From NCBI GenBank assembly GCA_038217285.1, contig JBBQPO010000143.1:1-15508 (forward strand): DNA of 15,508 nt, in the 5' to 3' direction. This DNA is from Chthonomonadales bacterium. GTDB lineage: Bacteria; Armatimonadota; Chthonomonadetes; Chthonomonadales; Chthonomonadaceae. How positions within the stretch are numbered: position 1 is the first letter of the stretch; each line of letters starts with the position of its first letter. Positions 1-8,070 of the stretch are shown here, piece after piece. Under the pieces are notes generated by a model, which had not been told where the DNA came from, did not search any database, and saw only the letters and a program-made list of their open reading frames with translations. A program made the translations under genes and the position numbers.

Positions 1-563
1 TCCGCGATGACAAGCCGGGCCGTCTCGACGGCCGCATGCACCACATCCACCGAGATACCCAGGCTGCAGTAGCCATGGGCGTCCGGGGGCGATACCATGA
101 TCAGCGCGACATCCAGAGAAAACTGTTCGCTGCGGAACAGAGCCGGTATCTCGGAGAGGAAGATCGGCGTGTAGTCCGCGCGGCAGGCGTTGACCGCCTC
201 GCGCACATTGGCCCCGATAAAGAAGGCGTTGTGATGAAACTGCTTCGCGAAGCGCGCTTCGGAATAGGGCGCATGGCCCATCGTCATGATGTGGACGATC
301 TCTGTGCCTGTCAACCGGTCGGCATGGTTGGGCAGGGCATCCACCAGGGTTTGTGGTTCGGCACAGTTACTGCCCACAAAGACGCGCTGCCCGGAGCCGA
401 TGCGCGCGATGGCACCGTCCGCACTTGTCAGCCGCTCCCGATAAGTTCGGAGCCAACTCCGCCCAGACGATCCTTCTCTCAATAGAGAGTGATTCCCGAT
501 CCCCGTTACTGAACGAGATAAGCGCTGTGCAGGAACCTTCGACGCATCCTGGATCAAAGCCAT
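1..563 (-). CDS. Acetyl-CoA hydrolase / 4-hydroxybutyrate CoA-transferase family protein, 5' part (truncated by the left window edge)
   Basis: Manual translation of the - strand from ATG at 563 (GAGGAG RBS upstream) is open to the window edge: MALIQDASK...WLRTYRERLTSADGAIARIGSGQRVFVGSNCAEPQTLVDAL...FHHNAFFIGANVREAVNACRADYTPIFLSEIPALF...DVALIMVSPPDAHGYCSLGISVDVVHAAVETARLVIA. FFIGxNVR, ADYTPIFLSEIP and VSPPDxHGYCSLG are characteristic of this family. Confidence 0.92.
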   Translation of the reverse strand, partial: MALIQDASKVPAQRLSRSVTGIGNHSLLREGSSGRSWLRTYRERLTSADGAIARIGSGQRVFVGSNCAEPQTLVDALPNHADRLTGTEIVHIMTMGHAPYSEARFAKQFHHNAFFIGANVREAVNACRADYTPIFLSEIPALFRSEQFSLDVALIMVSPPDAHGYCSLGISVDVVHAAVETARLVIA

Positions 564-682
564 TCGTCTGTCTCCTCTGTTATGCTGCTCTCATGATAGG
601 CTATCCGCGTTGCAACGAGATCCGCGAAATGGCGGATTGTCAGAGGCAGGGCAAAGAGCGGCGCGAATAGCTCGGTGGTGAT

Positions 683-999
683 CTATGATCGGCACGGCGC
701 TTTTGTCCGCGAGATGAAACCGTATGAGGCGGAAGTCGTGTTCGGTGCAGATCTGGGCGGCGATGGGGTGGACGAAGTCCTGGATTTAGGCGATACCCTG
801 AGCAGCGGAGGATATCTCAGGGTCTCGAGTTCGGCGATACGAGCGTTCGTAGATTGGAGGGCGGCGGCTTGCTCGGCCAGAACCTTTTGCAACGGAACCA
901 CCAGAGTGGCGAGTTCCTCATAGGCAGGAGTAATAGGCTTGCTCATAAGCACTATTACGCGCCAATGGGCACAAAATACTCACCAGTCTGAGCAGTATC
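683..999 (-). mobile_element. Probable degenerate IS66-family (single-ORF type) left end with truncated transposase N-terminus (ORF 683..946/952)
   Basis: ORF reads YEELATLV...LAEQAAALQSTNARIAELE...KSRTSSTPSPP, resembling the coiled-coil plus NSRxSSxPPS start of IS66 TnpC/DUF6444. GATACTGCTCAG on the - strand at 988..999 resembles the GTAACTGCTCAG-type terminal repeat as I recall it. No DDE domain follows. Confidence 0.45.
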
Positions 1000-1087
1000 T
1001 ACCGATCAACGGCTGCTGCGCCCAGAAGGTGGCGTCCAGTCCCCCGTACTCGCATTGTTGTGCTACGGCTCTGCCTCTTGTGCCTTG

Positions 1088-3565
1088 CTATTTCTTGCGC
1101 GCGCCTTTGCGAGATACGAGGGTCCGTTTGCCTTTCTCGATATCGTTGGAGGCGCTGCTGGTGACAGAGGCGCGACCAGGTCCGGCCCGGTGGATATTAA
1201 GAATGTCCGGCAGAGCATGTACCTTGCTGATAATGGTCTTCAGATGCTCGGTGTCGCGCACCTCGATCGCCACGTCCAGGGTCGCGGTGCGGTCCCGATG
1301 CGACTGCGTTTTGACGGCCGTGATAAAGGTCTTGTTCTCCGCGAAGGTGTTGCTGACATCGGCCAGCAGTCCGGTCCGGTCGACGGTCTCGATGATGAGA
1401 AAGACCTGAAACACCTGGCCCTCGTTGCCGATATAGGCGACCGGCATGCAGCGATCCGGCTGATGCTCCAGAGCGTCCTTGGCGTTCGGGCACTCTCGAC
1501 GATGCAGGGCCAGTCCGGAGCTGAGCGTCACGTAGCCGATCACCTCGTCGCCGGGTATCGGCAGGCAGCAGCGCGACCGTCGGAACTGCAGGTTCTCCGT
1601 GTCCAGTCCACCGGCCTGGATCTGGAGTTTGCGGTCGTTGGCGCGGGTTCCGCTGACATGGAGTTCATCGGTGAGGACGGGCGGCGGCTTCAGGCGGTTG
1701 AGGACCGTCATCGGGGCGATGGTCCCCTGCCCGATCTGCGCCATCAGGTCTTTTTCGCGATGCTCGGCGTCGGTCAAAATGTTGAACGAGGTGGCGATGG
1801 CGCGGAGCGATTCGTCCTTGATGAGGCTGCGGGGATCCTCGCCCCAGGATTTGGCGTCGCGCTCGACCTGATGCGCCAGCTCCTTCTCCAGTATCTCGCG
1901 GCCCTTGAGAATGTTTTCGTCGCGGTTCAGACGGCGGAAGTAGGAGCGGATACGGGTGCGGGCGTGGGAGGTCTTGACAATGGCCAGCCAGTCGCGGCTG
2001 GGAGCGGCGCTCGGGCGGGTGATGATGTCCACCGACATGCCGTTCTTGAACTCCGGGTTCGAGTAGTCGAAGCGGAAGGAGAGCGGCACCATCTTCCCGT
2101 TGACTTTCGCCCCGACGCAGTGCTGCCCGACGTTGGAGTGGATGCGGTAGGCGAAATCGACGGGCGTACTGCCGACCGGCAGATCGAACACATCGCCCCT
2201 CGGGGTGCTGACGAACACTTGATCGGCGAACAGATCGTCGGCGATGTTCTGCATAAACTCGCGGGAGCTCTTGCTGTCGTTCTGCCAGTCGAACATCTGC
2301 TGCCGCAGGAACGCGAGACGGCGCTCGAACTGGTCGCTGACCTTGCCGCCCTCTTTATACTGCCAGTGCGCCGCGACGCCGAACTCCGCAGTGCGGTGCA
2401 TCTCCCAGGTGCGTATCTGCACTTCGATGGGCAGGCCCGAAGGCCCGGTGACCTTGATATGGAGCGACTGGTAGAGGTTGGTCTTGCTCTGGGCGATATA
2501 GTCGGTATACATGCCCGGTATCGGCGTCCAGGTCGCGCTGACGACGCCGAGGGCATGATAACATTCGGCGCGGGTGTGGACGATGACACGCAGGGCGGTC
2601 AGGTCGAACAGGTCGGCGAACTCCAGCTTCTGCTGCTGCATCTTGTTGTAGATACTGTAGAGATGCTTCGGGCGGCCTTTGACCTGGGCGTGAATGTCTT
2701 CCTCTTTCAGGCGGTCGGTCAGCACCTGGATCGCTTCGTCCACCTCCGCCTGCCGCTCGGCGCGGTTACGGGCGACCATCTGGGAGACCTCTTTGTAGGC
2801 TTCCGGGTTAACGTACTTGAACGAAAGGTCTTCGAGCTGCCATTTAAGCTGCCAGATGCCGAGGCGATGCGCGAGGGGGGCGAAGATCTGAAGGGTTTCG
2901 GAGGCCATGCGGTACTGACGGGCGGGGCTGAGGGCGCCGAGGGTGCGCATGTTGTGCAGGCGATCGGCGAGTTTGATGATGATGACGCGCAGGTCCTTCG
3001 CCATGGCAACGAAGATCTTGCGGATATTGGCGGCGTTCTTGGCGAGCTCCGCGTGCTTCCTGCGGCGCTCCAGGGTGGCGGCGCTCAGCTCCTCTTCGTC
3101 TTCGGGGGTGGCGTCGCGCTCCTTGCCTTCGTCCACGCCGACGATCTGTAGCTTCGTCACACCGTCCACCAGGAGCGCCACTTCCGGCCCGAACTCCGCG
3201 ATCAACTGCTCGACCGAGACGTCGCAGTCCTCGACAACGTCGTGCAACAGGCCAGCCGCGAGCGTGGCCTCGTCCATCTCCAGTTCCGCCAGGATCTGCG
3301 TGATCTCGACGGGATGGATGATGTAGGGCTCTCCGCTGCGGCGCTGCTGTCCGTCGTGCTTGTCGAAGGCGAAACGAAATGCCCGCCGCACCAGATCGGC
3401 GTCCGCCTGCGGACGGTATTCGGCCAGACGCACGAGGATTCGTTCCAGCTTCACCGTCAGATCGCAGTCGCTGTCGCTGTCGGGCGCTACATCGCCGGGC
3501 CAATCGAGAACGGTTTTTTCGGAGGGGTAGGTCATCGTCTGCGTCGCTGCCTCTCTCGCAATCAT
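1088..3565 (-). CDS. rel: Long RSH, bifunctional (p)ppGpp synthetase/hydrolase (Rel/SpoT family); alternative start ATG at 3535
   Basis: HD domain (RRSGEPYIIHP, AGLLHDVVED, IKLADRLHNMRTL), synthetase (GRPKHLYSIYNKM, DLTALR, YQSLH, EVQIRT, AEFGVAAHWQYK), TGS (TPVDFAYRIHS, GAKVNG), zinc-finger/CC (CCLPIPGD..HRRECPN) and ACT (DRTGLLADVS). Confidence 0.97.
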   Translation of the reverse strand: MIAREAATQTMTYPSEKTVLDWPGDVAPDSDSDCDLTVKLERILVRLAEYRPQADADLVRRAFRFAFDKHDGQQRRSGEPYIIHPVEITQILAELEMDEATLAAGLLHDVVEDCDVSVEQLIAEFGPEVALLVDGVTKLQIVGVDEGKERDATPEDEEELSAATLERRRKHAELAKNAANIRKIFVAMAKDLRVIIIKLADRLHNMRTLGALSPARQYRMASETLQIFAPLAHRLGIWQLKWQLEDLSFKYVNPEAYKEVSQMVARNRAERQAEVDEAIQVLTDRLKEEDIHAQVKGRPKHLYSIYNKMQQQKLEFADLFDLTALRVIVHTRAECYHALGVVSATWTPIPGMYTDYIAQSKTNLYQSLHIKVTGPSGLPIEVQIRTWEMHRTAEFGVAAHWQYKEGGKVSDQFERRLAFLRQQMFDWQNDSKSSREFMQNIADDLFADQVFVSTPRGDVFDLPVGSTPVDFAYRIHSNVGQHCVGAKVNGKMVPLSFRFDYSNPEFKNGMSVDIITRPSAAPSRDWLAIVKTSHARTRIRSYFRRLNRDENILKGREILEKELAHQVERDAKSWGEDPRSLIKDESLRAIATSFNILTDAEHREKDLMAQIGQGTIAPMTVLNRLKPPPVLTDELHVSGTRANDRKLQIQAGGLDTENLQFRRSRCCLPIPGDEVIGYVTLSSGLALHRRECPNAKDALEHQPDRCMPVAYIGNEGQVFQVFLIIETVDRTGLLADVSNTFAENKTFITAVKTQSHRDRTATLDVAIEVRDTEHLKTIISKVHALPDILNIHRAGPGRASVTSSASNDIEKGKRTLVSRKGARKK

Positions 3566-3590
3566 ATTTCGCGCGCCCTATTGTTGCGAA

Positions 3591-3626
3591 GCGTCCCCTT
3601 CCGTTACGAATGACGAAAGGGAACGC
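3591..3626 (-). promoter_or_regulatory. Stem-loop in the putative rel 5' leader
   Basis: The - strand reads GCGTTCCCTTTCGTCA-TTCG-TAACGGAAGGGGACGC, giving 14 contiguous pairs including two G:U pairs that form only on this strand. Confidence 0.5.
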
Positions 3627-3711
3627 TCCACCGGTAAGGGCCAAAATTTTGGGCGCGGACAGTCGCATTTCCCTACGGTATCTGTCCTCACACACTTTCG
3701 CAGGGATAGTT

Positions 3712-3720
3712 AGTATACCA
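3712..3720 (-). promoter_or_regulatory. Putative extended -10 promoter element for rel
   Basis: The - strand reads TGGTATACT (TGn + TATACT) about 150 bp upstream of rel. No clear -35. Confidence 0.4.
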
Positions 3721-3768
3721 CGTTTTAGGTATCGACACGGCAGAACGTTTTTTCGCAAAGAGCTTGTG

Positions 3769-3777
3769 TGCCATAAT
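3769..3777 (+). promoter_or_regulatory. Putative extended -10 promoter element for the ABC transporter
   Basis: TGCCATAAT (TGn + CATAAT) about 75 bp upstream of ATG 3852. AAGGAAGGA RBS precedes the ATG. Confidence 0.4.
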
Positions 3778-3851
3778 GACCGGGCAAAAAATTGTGCACA
3801 CAAAACAGTGCGGAGCTTCATGGCGGAATTTGAAAAGGAAGGAATTGAACC

Positions 3852-5377
3852 ATGCGTCTCTTGTCCCGCATAAAACAGGGAGCCACCGCCTCTATCATCC
3901 TCCGAGAACTGAAGAAAGGCGCTTTGAAGATCCTGGGCATTGTCGTGCTGATGTCGATCGGAACCGCGATAGGCGTCGTCTCTCCCTTGCTGTTTCGGCT
4001 GTTAGTCGATAGAGCGATCCCGCATGCGGATGAGCGAATGGTCGCGGTGATTCTCCTGGGACTGGTGGTGCTGCCCATTCTCTCAACGGTTCTTACGTCC
4101 TGGCAGGGGTATGTGCGTGCGGATCTGGGGGAGATGGTGGCACGGGCGCTGCGCGAGGGGTTGTTCGACCACATCGTCTGCGTACAGTTGGCGGAGTGGG
4201 AGAGCGTCGATGCCGAAGAGGTCGCCCATTCCCTCTTGAACGACTGTGGGGAGCTGGGGCAGGTCTACATTGCCTCTCAACTCTTGAATGTGATCTCGAA
4301 TATCATTCTTCTCGCGGGCACCCTGTTCGCGATGCTTTTCCTGAACTGGCAGCTTTTGCTGCTGACTCTCCTGGCCTTTCCGCCTTCCATCCTCTTCACA
4401 AACCGTCTGCGGGTCTATTCCAAGAACCTGGACGAGGAGCTCCGGGACGTTGTGAAATCCGGTCGCAGTTTCGTCGATGCGTTCGTCGTAGGGTTGCGTA
4501 CCGTTCGCGCGTATCATGGGGAAGAGGTGGAACAGCAAAACTGGAAGCGCTGGAACTTGCGTTTCTGGCAGATACGCGCCCGTTCGATTCTCTTTCACAA
4601 TCTTGTTCGCGCCATGCCGACGGAGGTGTTCAACAACATTGTCTTAGGGCTCGTCTTCGGATTCGGCGCGGCGACTTCCACGTCGATTCGCTTTCCTTCC
4701 GGATCGAAGCCGGGGAGTTCGTGGGGATCGTAGGCTCGACCGGAAGCGGGAAATCGACGATCATCGATCTGCTGATGGGCTTCTATCTTCCGCAGGCAGG
4801 AAGAATCCTCATAGATGGCAGAGATCTCAAGGAGTGGTCGCTGGGATCGTTGCGGGAGAGTGTCGGGCTCGTGACCCAGCATGTGTTTTTGTGGAGCCGG
4901 ACCGTCCGCGAGAATATCTGCTATCCCAGGACCGACATCTCCGACGACGCGATGATCGCGGCCGCGAATATCGGCCAGATCCATGCCTTCATCGAAACAC
5001 TTCCCGAGCGCTACGAGACGGTTCTGGGAGTAAACGGCGCAGGGCTCTCCGGGGGAGAGCGCCAGCGGCTGGCGATCAGCCGAGCCATTGTCAGAGAGCC
5101 CCGCATCCTCCTTCTCGATGAAGCTACCTCCGCTCTGGACGCGCTCACGGAAGTCAGAGTTCGCGACGCCGTCGAGGGCGCGAACGGGCAGCGCACCACC
5201 ATTGTCGTCGCGCATAGATTGGCGACCGTCATCCACGCGGATAAGATCATTGTTCTGGAAGGGGGAAGGGTGGTCGAAATGGGCGCTCCCACAGACCTTC
5301 TTGCCGCCCAAGGCCGATTTTACGAACTCTATCACGCGCAACGCCTGGATATCCCCGTCGCCGTTGTTGCGGAGTAG
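3852..5377 (+). pseudogene. ABC exporter (fused TMD + NBD, MsbA/Sav1866-like) disrupted by an out-of-frame internal deletion near 4665-4672
   Basis: ORF 3852..4733 encodes a TMD (TM helices, LRTVRAY) up to FNNIVLGLVFGFGA. The NBD continues in another frame from GDFHVDSLSF (Walker A GSTGSGKST, Q-loop VTQ, LSGGERQR, LLLDE, AHR) to the stop at 5377. The last TM helix, linker and first NBD strand are missing. The two parts total about 508 codons versus roughly 580-600 for typical members. Confidence 0.85.
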
Positions 5378-5431
5378 CCGCTCCATTCCTTCCAGGAAGT
5401 GATCGGATCTCCGCTGTTGGCAGGAGGACGG

Positions 5432-5752
5432 TTATCGAAGGAGAGATCCCGCGATCTTCACAACTACGCTTACGAAGTTAACGAATACGATAATGCAGCC
5501 GAGCATGGCAAACAAGGGCTGGATCAGGCCTGGGTTAAGTTTGAAGCCGGGCCCGACCGTAGCCCAGATTGGAATTTCTACAAGTGTGACCAACAGAGCC
5601 CAGCCGTAACCGTAAGTCTCTCCGATGATAGCAGGGGCAACTATGCAGAATTGAAAAAGGAGAACGATCCAGCCGAGCGTCAGCAAGGAGCCAAAAAATT
5701 CTCTTAGCCCCGACCAGTCGTATCCAGTTTTCTTCCCGCTCTTTTTAGTCAT
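5432..5752 (-). CDS. Small hypothetical membrane protein (about 3 TM helices)
   Basis: 106 aa with a basic N-terminus (MTKKSGKK) followed by three hydrophobic segments. Same orientation as neighbouring cargo genes, visibly more AT-rich than core genes, weak RBS. Confidence 0.55.
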   Translation of the reverse strand: MTKKSGKKTGYDWSGLREFFGSLLTLGWIVLLFQFCIVAPAIIGETYGYGWALLVTLVEIPIWATVGPGFKLNPGLIQPLFAMLGCIIVFVNFVSVVVKIAGSLLR

Positions 5753-5860
5753 GAAATCCCGTCGTCCGGCGCCTCGCCATGATCGTCATGCACACTATGC
5801 CCGCAACGATATTCTCACCCATTGAAGAGAAATCGTACTCGCTCGCCCACCGTACGACGA

Positions 5861-6013
5861 TTAGCGGGAGCAGGCGCGGCGAAGGCGTTTTTCGCTGAGG
5901 ACGACGAGGGTGCGGCCGTCGAGGCGGAGGGCCTGGACGTCGCAGAGGCCGGTGAGGGCGCGGCTGACGCTTTCACGGGTCGCGCCGATCTGTTCGTCGA
6001 GCTGCTGCGTGAT
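5861..6013 (-). pseudogene. Orphan 3' end of a Crp/Fnr-family regulator (HTH), copy 1 of direct repeat
   Basis: Translates to ITQQLDEQIGATRESVSRALTGLCDVQALRLDGRTLVVLSEKRLRRACSR*, containing the Crp recognition helix GxTRESVSR. No in-frame start, and an in-frame TGA lies just upstream at 6026..6028. Confidence 0.85.
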
Positions 6014-6033
6014 AGGGAGACGCGGTCATCCCT

Positions 6034-6849
6034 TCACCCCTCATCCCGGAGCAAGGGCTGCTGCACATACTGCATGGGGAGGGACACGATCGGCTCGTCC
6101 AGTTGCACTTCCGGAAGGCGATGCCCGACAACGCGAACATAGCCCAAATAGCTGCCCTGATCCGCTTCCAGCGCCTGGATCTCCATTACATTGTCGGGAG
6201 CGATCACCCGGTGCCAGTCCCGCCAGAGGCGCCAGCCTTCGGGCAGCGTGTCGGCGGTCTCGATCTCCAGGATGCCGGTCCGCTTCCAATGCCTCCGCCA
6301 CCAGTCCGCCGAGTGCAGACACCAGAGGTCAGGGGTCCACCACGCCCGCAGATGCTCCGGCAGCGGACCTTCGAACTCACGCATCAGTCCGGCCCCTGCG
6401 ATTCCTATCTGGCCCCCCGGCTTCAGAAACCGGGCAAGGTAGTTCAGGTACAGGTCGTCCGTGCCGTAATAGATAAAGGAGTCGATGCTCACCACCGCGT
6501 CGAAGAACTCCGCCGCAAATGGCAGCGACCGCGCATCGGCATGGATCGGGAACACGCTCTCTTCCACCCCTGCATCCCGAATCCGCTGCAGATTCTCCGA
6601 AGCATTGAACCACAAATCGGTAGCCCAGACCTGCACCCCAAACTCTCGGCACAGAAAGATCGACGACAACGCCCGCCCACACCCCAGATCCAACACCCTC
6701 ATACCAGCCCTCAGATTCAACGTCTCGGCAAGCCACTCCGTCATCCACAGAGGATTAGCCCCACCGCTGACACCCGCAACTATCCAATCAGGGTTGTATC
6801 CGGACGAGCGAGGAAATCGCCCGGAATACAACAGATCGAATGAAGTCAT
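6034..6849 (-). CDS. Class I SAM-dependent methyltransferase
   Basis: Motif I RVLDLGCGRA, followed by HADARSLPF and FFDAVVSIDS. GGAGG RBS upstream. Confidence 0.92.
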   Translation of the reverse strand: MTSFDLLYSGRFPRSSGYNPDWIVAGVSGGANPLWMTEWLAETLNLRAGMRVLDLGCGRALSSIFLCREFGVQVWATDLWFNASENLQRIRDAGVEESVFPIHADARSLPFAAEFFDAVVSIDSFIYYGTDDLYLNYLARFLKPGGQIGIAGAGLMREFEGPLPEHLRAWWTPDLWCLHSADWWRRHWKRTGILEIETADTLPEGWRLWRDWHRVIAPDNVMEIQALEADQGSYLGYVRVVGHRLPEVQLDEPIVSLPMQYVQQPLLRDEG

Positions 6850-6945
6850 ATCCCCCTCCTGAAAGCACTGTTTCTATGCGTCTTTCATCTCTTCCCGGCA
6901 CAATCGGCAGTTCTCGGTGAAAATTCTTATGGATGTGTTCCATTT

Positions 6946-7935
6946 CTATTGGCGGTTTCGCCTTCGTGCCGAGGCCCGACTTAGGGAGATCCCTGAAGCC
7001 TCGTTTGTAGCGGAGGATTCCACTGCGAATACGCTGAGGTGCACAATGCGGCCATCGGCTACCAGCGCTCCTCCTGCCAACTGCGCGGCATGCAGTCGTA
7101 CATCCTCTCCGATACCCACGGCTGGCAGTGTCTGAACCTGAGCCGCGGCAATGGCCTGCCGGAAGCCCGCAACCATCTCCTGGAGGTCCGGATGGGACGG
7201 CTCCTGTGGAGCAGAGTCGAGCGCATCCAGGGCGTAGCTGCGGACGATCTTCGGGAGCAGTTTACGGAACGTGTCGGCGCGGTCAAAGAGGTCGAGACCG
7301 ATTATCTTACCGTTGATCGCGAATACAGCGCCCCGCTGTCGCTCCTGGAAGGGGAGACCCTGTACGAATTCCTCCACATTGGTCTCATGGTGCAGGTACA
7401 TAGCCGCCATCGCGCGAGTCGGGCTCGGCGCGGACATGCGCATCGCCTTCTTCTCGATATCGGCCCACACTTCTCCCTGGTCCGCAACGCGGCTGCCACT
7501 AAAGAGCATCGATGCGGAGACGCTTTGATGCTTCTGCGCGCGTCCTGCCGCATAGTGAGCTCGGGGCGAAGCGTCGAACTCGGCGCTGCTGTGCGCCCAT
7601 CGGCCGGCCTCCACACACGTCACGGGAAGCAGCAGCGAACTGTGAGCGGCGGCGAGAATGGTGATGTTCAGCGTCCGGTTCTGCTTCGCCCCGACCACCT
7701 CCTCGCCATCCATCAGCAGAACCTGGCGATCCCCGTCATTGGCGAAGCGCAGTTCCGGTACGCTTCCGCCGTCAGACACTTCCGTAATGTGGGCCTTCTT
7801 ACTAGCCAGCGCCTCATCAAGTGTCAGGTATTCCGCTCCCGTCGTATCCCTGCCCAGCAAGGGGACCATAGTGAGGTTCTGAAAGCAGACCGCTTCGCCC
7901 AGTTCCAACCCATCGAGCGTTTCTTGAATCAACAT
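6946..7935 (-). CDS. ARPP-1 family / DUF6569 domain protein (329 aa)
   Basis: Family-typical segments NLTMVPL, YLTLDEAL, ITEVSDGGSVPEL, LMDGEEVVGAKQNR, PVTCVEAGRW, QGEVW, GLDLF, VRSYALDA. The strong AAGGAGGAG RBS favours ATG 7935 over 8025. Confidence 0.85.
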   Translation of the reverse strand: MLIQETLDGLELGEAVCFQNLTMVPLLGRDTTGAEYLTLDEALASKKAHITEVSDGGSVPELRFANDGDRQVLLMDGEEVVGAKQNRTLNITILAAAHSSLLLPVTCVEAGRWAHSSAEFDASPRAHYAAGRAQKHQSVSASMLFSGSRVADQGEVWADIEKKAMRMSAPSPTRAMAAMYLHHETNVEEFVQGLPFQERQRGAVFAINGKIIGLDLFDRADTFRKLLPKIVRSYALDALDSAPQEPSHPDLQEMVAGFRQAIAAAQVQTLPAVGIGEDVRLHAAQLAGGALVADGRIVHLSVFAVESSATNEASGISLSRASARRRNRQ

Positions 7936-8070
7936 GATCAACTCCTCCTTAAGCGCGCACGGACTCCGCAGGAACGCAATGGTGGCCGATACGTCACCTT
8001 GGGTGTTCACCGCAGTTGAATACACTACGTTCGCCGAGGCGATCCGGTTTTACAATACGGAGCACGATGT

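Noticed and set aside
1055-3151. 698-aa + strand ORF, and similar long antisense ORFs (36..485, 7039..8019, 8420..9250, 9564..10466, 12006..13646)
   Set aside because: They are shadow frames antisense to well-supported genes in GC-rich DNA and show no recognisable motifs.
4196-4670. N-terminal part of the 393-aa ORF as a real protein, or a programmed frameshift in the ABC gene
   Set aside because: This part is the off-frame reading of the TMD. No slippery sequence is present at the junction, and a frameshift would not restore the missing helix and linker.
5399-5707. 102-aa + strand ORF
   Set aside because: It overlaps the - strand ORF 5432..5752, which has a more protein-like membrane pattern. 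Not fully excluded.
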